This document shows, in pieces, positions 25,901 to 37,542 of a DNA stretch of 64,000 nucleotides. Under the pieces are notes generated by a model. It was not told where the DNA came from. It saw nothing but the letters and a program-made list of their open reading frames with translations, and made no database searches. The stretch is from positions 20,584,001 through 20,648,000 of the forward strand of contig OZ193909.1 of NCBI GenBank assembly GCA_964276515.1, given 5' to 3'. The DNA is from Gordius albopunctatus. Taxonomy: Eukaryota. Each line of letters starts with the position of its first letter. The first letter of the stretch is position 1. The translations under genes were made by a program, and so were the position numbers.

Positions 25901-27182
25901 TATTAATTAAAGCTATGATAAAGTTTAAATATATAATAGCTAATGCTGTAGACTTTTAAGAATAAGACAACAAAAATTTTATAATATATTCAGTAGATTA
26001 GATAGTCTTTAATAAATTAACTTCCATACTCAACTCTTTAATATAAGAACTCATGAACTTATACAAACTATGCAAAATTGTTGAAGAAGCTTATATATAC
26101 AAATGATAAGATATAGTGTTAATATTCGTGTGTAATATGGGTTATTGGTATTATAGTAAAGTACAATTTTAAATCTCTGGCCGGTAGCTGGCCACTTATA
26201 ATAGATGACACATGCGACGCTTTTGAATTATTATTTTTTATTTTGTTTTATACCCGCTCTTATATTTTTACAATTTTAACACTAAATAAACAAATAAAAA
26301 AATTAGATAAAAATTAAAGACTTTCAAAATAGGGCGAATATCAAATAGGTAAAAATATAGCTAATATTTGATGTTTGGACATTTTATTAATATGTTGTTT
26401 TTTAATTAAAAGAATCAGCCAATCAATAGTAATATCGACCCCGTGGGTTTATTGGAATCGCTATACAATTTACCAGGATAGATGTTGTTTAAATGCTTAT
26501 AGTTGTGGCAAAAAAACCTTTTTTTAACAAAATATACTAAATTTAAAAAAAATTATAGTTAATTTGTCGTTAGATTTACTAAGTTGTTAAAAATGGTGAA
26601 TATTTAAAATATTTGATTTAATGGATCCTATTTCTGTAATCAATAATGCGACCTCTATGAGAACGTTGCATTCGTTGATAATTTAAAAGCAATGATAGAA
26701 AAGGGTTTTGTATTTTTGGGGACACCATTATTGACATAATTAAAAAAAGTTAATTTAATCATTTACTATTGGATGGTTCCTATCAGGTAGTGTTGTAAAA
26801 ACGGCTGCTTTTTTTGGTCAACCTTTGGTTTGTTGTTGTAACTGTATAACTCAATAATTTAATACCTTGTATCCTACGGACATAATATCGTAAATTTCGA
26901 TAATATTAGGGTGGTTGTAGGCATCTCATAATACTCAATTCTCCCGGTAAAAACTTTTCCACAAAATCGCGTTTAGCTTTGGATTTGTTGATCATTCTAA
27001 CCGCAACCCTCTTTTGCAGAGCCTCGCTGAAAGCAAATTTAACTTTAGCATATGAACCTTGCCCAAGCGTGGAACCTAGATAGTAACCACGTTTTTTCAA
27101 CTCGGTATCATCGTCTACATTAAGGATCTCTCTAGCGCTTCCTCTTGGAATCTGTAAGAGACCACTTTTCTGCACTTTCCAT
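22997..27182 (-). pseudogene. TSSK: Testis-specific serine/threonine kinase (TSSK1/2-like) pseudogene, 5 exons
   Basis: LGQGSYAKVK, DFVEKFLP, HRDLKCEN and MPYDDSNIKKM are TSSK motifs. Lesions: VAVK to VAVR, +1 frameshift before HPNII (about 26913), DFG to DFE, TYCG to TYCE, APE to ASE, and a frameshifting deletion after DLWS. Confidence 0.88.
24065..25244. mobile_element. Foldback element: ~120-bp inverted arms around a ~930-bp GAA/AAG purine tract
   Basis: 24065-24185 is the near-perfect reverse complement of 25118-25244; the interior is almost all A/G. No clear TSD. Confidence 0.75.
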
Positions 27183-27558
27183 TTCTTAATCTTGCTCTAA
27201 CTTATAGATCGTTTCACGTCAATGTTTGCTTGAAAATTTATGGATGGGTTTTGGGGCTTTAATCGGAATTAAGTCGTTTTGGAATGGGAAGCTTAGGAGA
27301 GTGAGATTGCAGGGGGAAATCATTAAGAAAGTGACGCGAAAAGAAGAATATAAAGAATGTGACGAAGTTTCTATACCAACAATCACCAAATCATTACGTG
27401 TTTTATAAGAAATAGGTATAAAATGCGACATTGATTGTTATGTAATATTGCAAATTAAAATATTACAACAAGTACATTTAAATATTAAATACTGTTTTTT
27501 TTAGAATTACAATTTATTTTGAAATTCTTCGTTTCATAAGTCATACTATGGTTCTATG

Positions 27559-27730
27559 TATGGGCTTAGCCAGTATTGGAATTAGACAGAGGCAATAATG
27601 ATTTAGGGGGGGGGGAGGGCAAAATTATCATTTTTTAAAATACTAGCCATAACTTTAGTAAATGTCAACAAATCTTTGGATTTAGAAGGGGGCAGCAGCC
27701 CCTCTCTGGCCCCCCTTGGCTTCGCCCATG
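27559..27730. mobile_element. hAT-type MITE family A
   Basis: TIR-bounded copy with perfect 8-bp TSD GTTCTATG; the neighbouring copy at about 27975-28141 has a 7/8 TSD. Confidence 0.88.
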
Positions 27731-29044
27731 GTTCTATGTTACATTTTAATTAAATATGTGTATTAACTGTGCTTAAAAAGTGCAATCAATCAATTATATA
27801 GGTTAAATTAAATAGGTTGTCGTCCTTTAATTAATACATAACGTATACAATGTAATGGATTTTACGGATAAAATTCAAGCAATGCCGTTTTATCTATAGT
27901 TCGGTTCTTACCCGACTAAAAGAATAACGCGCAACGCTACTTATAACCAAATTACGCTCTTTATTCAACGCTATATGGGCGTAGCCAAGGGATGGCACGG
28001 AGGGGCGACTACCCCCCTCTAAATCCAAAAAATTCTTGAAAATTTAATATAATTTTGACTAAAATTACTAAAAAGTATTATTTTTCCCCTCCCTTAGTCA
28101 TCATTGCCCCCCCTCTAAATCCAATCCTCACTATGCCCATGCAATGCTACATTATTCCTAAATTCTTAATTTTTGTAGTAATAGTAGCGCCATGTGTCTT
28201 GCTCATTGTTAGCTTACAAAATTTTGCCCATTTAATAAATTCTTTAAGCATTCATAATCAATTAATTAACTCGCTAGAGATTAAATGGATTTAAAAAGTT
28301 AAACTTTTAATTAATAATTTCTCATAATTCAAGCTTTCAAGACATTTATAAAAAGTGTATACATTAAAATCTTTGTAAAGACATATAATTTTCAATTAAA
28401 TTCAACAATACTTAAGTAATACACATTTGTTAGACTTTTTGATAAGTTATAATAATTGTGTTTTAGATAAACAATTTTCGCTCACATTAATATTTTTGGT
28501 ACAAATATAGAATTTTTACTAATATTTATCTGCGTACCTTGAAATAATATTTAGAACATTTAAAATAATCGTTATATATATATGTATAAATAAAGATTGC
28601 CTATGAAGCAAGAATAAAAATGCCTCCCATATTGTATTTAGACTTATAAAATTATTTATTACACATAATATTATTGCACGATGAGTTAAATCCATTTGTC
28701 TGAGGGAATGTAAGCGTATTGAACATCAGGACTCAGCTTTAAAACAGAATGTGCTTTGCCGCCGCAGTCATAATAATATAACGGGAGGCCGGGTCAGGTT
28801 TATAATGTACGGAGTGGGTAAAATAATTAATTTTTCTATTTTTAAAATATAATTTTGTTAATTGTATAATAATTTTAAATTCTAGGTCCCTGCTTCAAAT
28901 ATTTGCTAAGATGCATCACTCTCTTGTTTGAAATCACTTTAACCCTCTGTCATTTTCACTATCATTTTCGGGTGGTGGACTTGTCGTATCGTCTGAATCT
29001 AGGTAAGGAATTGTAAATGAATAACTTCCCTAACTTTGCTCACT

Positions 29045-29835
29045 CTAATTGTAGCCTATTAAACGGGGATCGAATCCTTTCACATATTTCTTTTGTAGCG
29101 CTCTTGAATTTTGAAACCATACCTGTATCAAATTTTTTTATTAATATCCGATTGTTTCTACTCTTGTTTTATTTCAAAAAAAATTTCATTGAGATACATA
29201 AAATTTTGGCTCTTCGAGAAGCAGATTTTGTGATTTAATTGTTTTTGTTTGCTTAATAAAGCATGTGAATGTATATGAAACGCGGGCGAATTTTTGGAAA
29301 AAGGATAGAATTTAAGCAACAAGTTTAGGGATTCAAGACTTAAATTGGAAAAATTGCTTAAAAATATCTTCGTTTAATTTCAACTAAAAATATGAAACTT
29401 AAATAATAAGTACATAATTATTCATTGCACTCGTTACTTTATGGTGGTCATATGTTAAAATAAGATTTATGTTTTATACAATCAAATTAAAAAAGAAATT
29501 TATTGCCTAAGCATAATTTTGATAAAACCTTTAAAGTAGTGTTGTAAAAAATGGCTGGGTCTTGTTTGATCGGCCTTTGGCTTTAGTCTACTAGACATAA
29601 AAATACCAAAGTTTTTTGCTCTATTTCTTATTAGTCGAAAATCGAAAAACAGACCCCCAGAGTCAATCGTTAGTTAGTCTTAGTAAAACCAAAGGTCGAC
29701 CGATAAAGTAATGCGTAACTTATCGCGCTTACTTGGACTACTCGTTTCCTGAGGAGACCTGTTATTTGTTTGTGATAATCTTTCAAGATCAACTCCTTCG
29801 GGATTGCTGTCTACCAAAAAATTGGTTTCTAGTAT
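29045..29835 (-). pseudogene. Awh: Arrowhead (Awh/Lhx6/8) LIM-homeobox fragment; exons 29835-29733 and 29122-~29045
   Basis: ILETNFLVDSNPEGVDLERLSQ(fs)ITGLLRKRVVQ | VWFQNSRALQKK matches the Awh homeodomain NF..DSNPDGQDLERIA..TGLSKRVTQVWFQNSRARQKK; a 4-nt ACAA duplication shifts the frame; helix-1 and LIM exons not found. Confidence 0.8.
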
Positions 29836-31308
29836 CTAATTTTAGTTTAAAAAGTTTTTAAAATATAAACGAAAATTTCATAATGAAGGATTATAATAGG
29901 CGCTCTTGTGTTGTAAAAATGGCAGGGTTTTTTTTTAATGATTTGGTTGACCTTTGGTTTAACTAAGACTAACGATTGAGTCTGGTCTAGTCAAAACCGT
30001 TTAATTGCAAAGTCTTGGGCCTGAATAAAAATTCGTGATTAACCGATATTTCGCGATTAAAGGATGGAAAAGAGAAAATATTAAATATAAAAAGACATAA
30101 GCTTCGCAATGAAACGATATTTTTTTATAATTGTATGGTTGATTTAAGGACTCAAAAATGTTTTTGAATATCCGATATTGTACTATTAGGCGATTTGTCA
30201 ATAAAAGATCTTTTTGTTAATATTATCGTCTGGAAAAAACAAAATGGTAGTTAACTTCGCGATTAAAAGATTTTCGCGATAATCCGATTTGCGATTAAGA
30301 AGTTTCGACTGTATTTTCCTTTCGCATATAGACTAGCTAATGACCGCTGGCTGGGGTTGGCTTTATTTTTTTCGAACTCGCCCGAGCTTAAATTCCATTA
30401 TTGTTTATGTGCTTCAGGCAACTAATCTAGGTTGTTGCTTAATAACGGATAATTGCGAAACTGGCTAATTATTAATACAAATTTTCCATTGAATAAAAAA
30501 AAATTGGCCTCCCCGGGTATCGAACCCACTTCCAAGCGGTTTCAGTGCTAAACACGACGAAAAGCATGACAATACATTCGGTGCGTGACAAAATATCGGA
30601 AAATGGAAAGTTAGCCCATAATTTGAATAGCAATTAATAATAATAGCAGAATTAAACATAATATTTTCGGAAATTAATTGTAATTTACATAGGTCGTTAG
30701 AAGGTTTCATGGGCGTAGCCAGCATTTGAATTAGTATATTGTATAAATAAAATCAGCATACAAAAATATCATAAATTTTATTCGATTATATTTAAGCCCT
30801 AAACTTTGCACTATTTTAAAGGTAAAATTTGAAATGTTGATTGATTGAGCCTATACTGTAAGTAAAATAAAAAATACAAAATGGCAAAACTTTAATTATG
30901 GTTACGAGATAATTTAAGTGTTTAATAAGTATACATTTACAAACATATAGTAGTAGTAAGGAAAAAATAATTCATTATAATATATTTCAATTAAACTCGG
31001 CCCTTCGGCCCTCGTGGGAAGGGGGAGGGGGGAAGGGAAGGGGGAACGAAACTCATCTATACTCCGTATAAACGTAGCATATTTGCTATGCAATTTATGG
31101 GCGAGAAAGGTGGGAAGGGGCGAGAATGCCTATGCAAAATGATTAGATAATTATTTATACAAATTTTCCATTTAATTAAAAAAAAATTGGACTCTCCGGG
31201 ATTCGAACCCACATCAGTAGAGGCATAGGCTTTTGTAGGGGCACAGGGACCTATATCAGTAGAGGCATAGGCCCTTGTAGGGGATGGAGAGCATTTGTGG
31301 GGTACCAG

Positions 31309-31912
31309 TAGAGCCCTGCAGTGGCGGTCCGAGGCCCGGCCAGGCCCGAGTTTGGCCCGGTCGACGGGCTTTCAGGCCGGGCTCGGGCAAATTTTAAAAC
31401 ATTGATCGGGTCGGGATTGGATCGGGCCTGATGGGCCAGCCCGACCCGTGGCCCGAGCCCGAAAAAAAAACATAATTTTTCAGTATTGTAATATCACAAT
31501 ATCATTCCCACGGTGGGTTCAGAGTGAATTTCCTTGTTTGAGTAATTTGGCTAGAAAGTATTTGGCAATACCTGCTAAATCAGCTAGCAGTGAGCGAGCC
31601 TTTTCTACAGCTGGGCGAGCTTACGAAGAGAGAAGGACTTCGTTAAAACCCGAGAAATTAGACTCCACTTTATTTATTTACCATAATTATTCATATTTTA
31701 AATCACATAATATTTGCGATACGTAATATATTTATAAATATATTTTTGAAATAAAATTAGTACAAATTTACATTTTTACGAAATTCGGGCCGGGCTCGGG
31801 CTCGGGTTGGGCCTGAGTAAAAAAAAACAAATCGGGCTCGGGTCGGGCTCGGGCAAAAAATAAAAAAAAGTTTCGGGCTCGGGCCGATAAAATTTAATTT
31901 TTCAGGACTCTA
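31309..31912 (+). mobile_element. Internally deleted hAT transposon
   Basis: Ends TAGAGCCCTG...CAGGACTCTA, TSD GGTACCAG/GGTACCAC, CGGGC subterminal repeats, and hAT dimerisation-domain remnant FPCLSNLARKYLAIPAKSASSERAFS. Confidence 0.9.
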
Positions 31913-32239
31913 GGTACCACGGACCCCACGATAGTTATAAACTTATAATATTAAAATTCAAAACTTACTTTATTAATGAATAATTGCTAGGATGGCTTAA
32001 AACCCAAAACCAATATAATTAAATTAATAATAATAATAAAATTTAATAAATTGCAGAGTAATTAATAACAAACATTTAGGGATTGCGAAAAAACAAGCAG
32101 CGACATGCAATGGCTCCGCTATTGCCTGTTACGACCGCGCATCTAAAAATGTCACAGGTATCAAAAGGATATCTCAAGTGCTAAATTGTTCTATTGGTCA
32201 GTACCAAGAGACGGTCTATAAATCAATGTTAGTCAAAAA

Positions 32240-32760
32240 AACAAAAAAAAATTTCACTTCAAACTTTGGCTAATGGTCACTTTTTTCATTGGTCAGCAGC
32301 CAGCGGACTGCCAAAAAGTAATATTATCAGTGGTATTAACAGGAACAATCATAAGAGCAAAAAAAACGAGAAAACAATTTCGATTCACACTTTGGCCAAT
32401 GGTCATTTTTTCCATTGGTCAGCAGCCAGCGGACGGCCAAAAAGTCATATTATCAGTGGTATTAACAGGAACAATCATAAGAGCCAAAAAAACGAGAAAA
32501 CAATTTCGATTCACACTTTGGCCAATGGTCATTTTTTCCATTGGTCAGCAGCCAGCGGACGGTCAAAAAGTCATATTATCAATGGTATTAACAAGAACAA
32601 AATATAAATTTAATTTAAAAAATTTTAAACAAAAATTTGTCCTCTCCCGGGATTGAACACGAACCTCCAGGTCGATAAGCTGGTGTAAATAAATTGGAGG
32701 GTAATGGACAACGGACGGACGGACAACAAAAAACGAGCCCATAAATTGCATAGCAATTAA
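32240..32760. repeat. 126-bp tandem repeat (about 3 units) within a dispersed element, possibly Helentron-like
   Basis: ttggc(c/t)aatggtca recurs at 32266, 32392 and 32518; inverted relatives at 35317-36160 and 38910-39140; a related end motif (TTGCTATGCAATTTATGGG) also occurs near 16040 and 31083. Confidence 0.7.
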
Positions 32761-33356
32761 AAATGTCGGGTTTTGAGCCATCCAGATTAATTTAAAAACA
32801 CTTAGGGGTGCGTCTTAAAATACGATTTTGCATAGATGCAAAAAAACGAATACACGTTAAAATATAGTTCTGTTAAGCGCTTTAAAAACATGTTAAGCTT
32901 TAATTTCTTGCTATTCATATTGATAAATGAAAATAAATAAAAAACTCGGGTTTTAAATTAATATTAATTATTAAAATATGGAAATATGTCAACTCAACAA
33001 TTTTATATAATTTTCACCCTTTATTGTCTTATACGGCATCTTTATTTGTAATATTATAATTAAAAGTTTTATTCAAAAACAAATAATTATTATCTTCATA
33101 TTGTTTCTTGATTAAGATAAAATAAAATAAATGGCTTAAGGGGTCCCATGGCCTTTTATATATAATTTTAAATCTTTGCACTCCCCGCGCTTAACTCTTG
33201 CTGCTAGTATACCAACAAAATAGTGTTTAGTATTTAATAGGTCTCGATTTGATAATCCCTAAAGGCGGACTATTTCCACCAGGTCGGGGGGCAGATGTAG
33301 GACGGAGCTACTAAATTAAGGCATGATCATTTAAACAAATCTTAATTGTGCTTCAT

Positions 33357-34499
33357 TGTCATATATGATGTTGTATATGTGAATACGTATATTTGTATAT
33401 CATTTTCTAGAGATTATATTATTGCTATAATTATATATTTTAATATTGTAACCAAAATCCGAGTTGGTAATTAACATATGTTTTCATTGTTATCCTAATA
33501 ATAATATATTTTTCTATAGTTCCCCTCCCCGGCCTTAGTATCAATAAAATGATCTTATTATGAGTTTATTATTTCTAATTTTATTATATTATTTCATTTA
33601 TTTAAATAAATGGTGATAGTGAAAGAAGAACTCAAGCCTCAATTAAACCAAGGTTATTGAACAAAAAGAGTGAAGAAAGAATTCAAAATTCAGTGCTTAA
33701 TTCCAAGGGGGAAAAGAGGAGATGATAATAAGAACTTATGATGTTAATTCAATGAGAATTCCATGGATAATAAGAACATATGATATTAATTCAATGAGTA
33801 TTCAAGGGATAATAAGAACTTATGATATGAAAAAGGAAACATTATTCTATGGATGTGAGGAGGATATGATTATTCTCAGGGTCCATAAATTCAGGAGATC
33901 CAGTAGGCCAGGAACGCCTTAATACTGTAAATGAAAAAATCCACATATCAGTTCAACCCCTGCCACTAGCTTCCCCAAAACCCACTTTTCCAAATCCACA
34001 CCCTCAAACCCCCATATTTCCCCTTCTGGCAATTTGCACCCCATCTCACCTTCCCAGCTAATCCATTCTTGGAAATAGCATCCCCAGAATCCACGTTGCC
34101 AAGTCCACACCCTAAAAACCTCCATATTTCCCCTTCTGATAATTTCCATCCCATCTCATCCTTACAGCTAGCCCACTTCAAAAGTATTGAATGTACACAT
34201 TGTTGTTTGAGCATATGGTCGAAGAACTCATTCTTTAAAGGGAAAGGTGTCATATATGATGTTGTATATGTGAATACGTATATTTGTATATCATTTTCTA
34301 GAGATTATATTATTGCTATAATTATATATTTTAATATTGTAACCAAAATCCGAGTTGGTAATTAACATATGTTTTCATTGTTATCCTAATAATAATATAT
34401 TTTTCTATAGTTCCCCTCCCCGGCCTTAGTATCAATAAAATGATCTTATTATGAGTTTATTATTTCTAATTTTATTATATTATTTCATTTATTTAAATA
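33357..34499 (+). mobile_element. TRIM-like non-autonomous LTR retroelement
   Basis: 252-bp direct repeats at 33357-33608 and 34248-34499 with no mismatch seen; 4-bp TSD TCAT; TGG-starting PBS-like site 2 nt after LTR1; PPT AAAGGGAAAGG directly before LTR2; 639-bp interior without gag/pol motifs. Confidence 0.88.
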
Positions 34500-35891
34500 T
34501 CATAGAATTTACATACTAACTACGCAATGTTTTTTAAATTAGAATCAATTGTTCCGTGTTTTGTTAAGCTTTTGCATTTTTAAGAGCTGGAAATAAAGAA
34601 GGCATTACAGTTTGCAAACATATAGGATAACTATAAATATCATTACTACTACTACAGTCCTTTTTTATTTTTTACCTTCGTTTGTTTAAATTAAAGTGTA
34701 TTATGAATAAATTTTCAAATATTTCCATTACCTTCCTATTATCCAAATTTAATACATCATTTACAATTGGCAATTATTTTGGGACTTGAAGACTATAAGT
34801 CGTTTAAATAACTTTAATGTCTACTCACATTATGTGGCATCAATTACTTTCTGTAAACTGACGACACTTTCATTTGGCGAATAAATAATAATTTCTCTTA
34901 TTTCGGGTGGGATTCGTTTAAAAAATTTAAAACCTGTAAGCACGTCGGGTAGGTTTAAAACTTGAAAACGGTTTTGGGTCGGATTGTGGCTGAGCAAGAG
35001 TGGCTTTCACGCCTCTTGGCAAAAAAATCATTTAATTATAGTGCTATATTTAAACTTCTAAGCCTTTAATATATATTAATATGACTTATCACAACAATTT
35101 ATTTACTTAAAAGTTTATTATTAAACTTAATTCCACTGCTTTGAAGGGTTATCTTAATTAAGGCTTATACAAACAATTGAGAATATTAAGCTGAACAACA
35201 ATAATATGTTTATAGTTTTCATCCAAGCTCTCGGGATATTTAGATAAATTAGGTGAACGGTGCAAAAACGGCCATTTAACTTTGTTAAGGCTATACTTCC
35301 GCACCATTTTTAATTAATTGCTATGCAATTTATGGGCTCGTTTTTTGTTGTCCGTCGTCCGTCCACCAAGTTATTTACACCAGCTTCCCGACTTGCAGGT
35401 TGTGGATCGAGACCCGGAGAGGACAAAATTTTTTATTTTTTTTTAAATTAATTTAATATTTTGTTCTTGTTAATGCTATTGATAATATGACTTTTTGACC
35501 GTCCGCAGGCTACTGACCAATGGAAAAATGACCATTGGCCAAATAAATCCAAAGTTTTAGTTTTTCGTTTATGAATAGTTTAACATTGATAATTACCCTA
35601 TGCCCTCCCCTAAAAGGGCATATGCCTCTATTGATATGGTTCCCTGTTCCCCTCCAAAGGCTTATGTTTCTATTTAATGTGGTTTTGAATCCCGGCGAAC
35701 GTTCTAAATTGCTGGTTCGAGACCCGGAGAGGACAAAATTTTTTATTTTTTTAAAATTAAATTAATATATTGTTCTTGTTAATACCATTGATAATATGAC
35801 TTTTTTACCGTGTTCTGGCTACTGACCATTGAAAAAAATGACCATTGACAAAATTTTGTACGAAATTTTTTTTTCCGTTTTTGAATTGGTA

Positions 35892-35926
<35 letters not shown>

Positions 35927-36199
35927 TGCTATGCAATTTTTATGATTGTTCCTGTTACTAACATTGCTATTATGACTTTTTGGCCGTCCGCTGGCTGCTG
36001 ACCGATGGGAAAAATGACCTTTGGCCAAATTGTGAATCGAATTTTTTTTTGTTTTTTTTGACTCGTATGTATTAATAGACCATCTCTGGATACTGACCAA
36101 TAGAAAAAATGACCATTGGCTAATTTTCGTTTTTTTTGACTCATATGTATTTATAGACCGTTGTAATGATCTGAAAAATCGACATTCCCCCCCCCCCAG

Positions 36200-36585
36200 A
36201 GATGCATCAAGATTTTAAGTATTTGAAAGATTACAAAGCATCTACTACAATTGCTTGGGTCACCAAAATGTTTTTAGACAAAAAATTTGCGGTTCACGCA
36301 AAATTAGTTAAATATTTAGAGAAGTATTATGCTGCACAAACTGAATCCCTCAATTTCGAAGAGGAAAATGTAGAGACAGCTAGAAATATCATAAATACAT
36401 GGGTTCTTGACCAAACAGCTTAATTGACCGTGTTTTATCTGCACCCGTACCTAATAGTTTAAACAGAATGCTATTACTAAACATTTTTTACTTTAACGCC
36501 AAATGGGAAGTTCCCTTTAAAAGATCTTTAACTATTTGGACTGACACCTTTCTCGCTGCTCAAGCAAATATCATAGTCCGAGTAC
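36200..36585 (+). pseudogene. Serpin fragment
   Basis: ARNIINTWVLDQT(fs)LIDRVL...MLLLNIFYFNAKWEVPF matches serpin helix F to strand 3A (INxWV..T...LVNAIYFKGKW..PF); frameshift near 36420; no reactive-centre exon seen; Helitron immediately downstream. Confidence 0.75.
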
Positions 36586-36716
36586 CATCTTATATCAGCT
36601 ATTTTACCTATTTTTTATTTAATAGTAATTTTATAAATACATATTTCTCAATGTTAGGCACCTTTTCAAATTAAAAAAATAATATTTGTTATCGCTAAAT
36701 TAATTTTTATAGGTTA

Positions 36717-37542
36717 CTAGCTGTGCCCGGCCAAGCGTTGCTTTGGCTCAGTCCTTAGGTGGTTAAATAAGTATAACCTATTAATAAGACTTATCTAAAA
36801 TAAGGTCATATATGAAATAATTTATAATGTGAAAGGTCCTAATAAGGCAACATATGGAAAAATTATTTGTAATATCTTGAAGTGGGCTTAAAAAATTATT
36901 AAAGTAAAAATGTAGTGTAATAAAATTGAGGTTACTTAAACAGCAGTGATTTCAGTTGTTTCTAATGCATGATGTGTTGTGTTCTTGGGTTTAGACTTTT
37001 CAGAAATATAGGCCAACATATGGAGAAATTATTTGTAATATCTTGAAGTGGGCTGTTTTTATTAAATGAAACTTTGTACTCTTGATGGGCGCTTTGATTA
37101 TTATAACAATATTTTCACGTCAAACGTTTAGATACGTAAACCTTTAACAGAGCACGCGTCTTTTTTATATTATAAAATTTTTGATGTTTTACGGTTTTTA
37201 ATTATTTAGTTGTAACAGATATATATATATTGTAAAAAATAACCCAAAGGTGAATAAAAATAGTAAAATATGTGACAAAAGATTAGTAGAAAAACATTTA
37301 AAACTATGAGCACAACTCTAACATAAAATAATAATCGAGATAAGCGTTGTAGCTGACGTCCGCTAGATAGCGGTAACCAAATTAAAAAACATGGTTCCCG
37401 CTGTCGCAGCTTGATAAAAAGTATCTATAAACCATCTACAATGATAAGGCAATATCTTGGCCAAATTTGGTGGCAATCGGTTGAGAACTCTAAAGGTTAT
37501 TAGCGTACAAAAAAACGGGACTTAGATTTTTATATATATAGA
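36717..37542 (-). mobile_element. Non-autonomous Helitron with both ends
   Basis: On the minus strand it starts TCTATATATATAAAAATC and ends hairpin-CTAG, inserted between A and T with no TSD. Confidence 0.8.

Noticed and set aside
30500..30560. tRNA-like segments with a GGTTCGA box (also near 31195, 32645, 35400 and 35715)
   Set aside because: Only a T-arm-like half is visible, with no full cloverleaf; they are embedded in dispersed repeats.
32266..32656. Repetitive 113-aa and 127-aa ORFs
   Set aside because: Produced by a 126-bp tandem unit (a multiple of 3) of a dispersed repeat; no protein motif.
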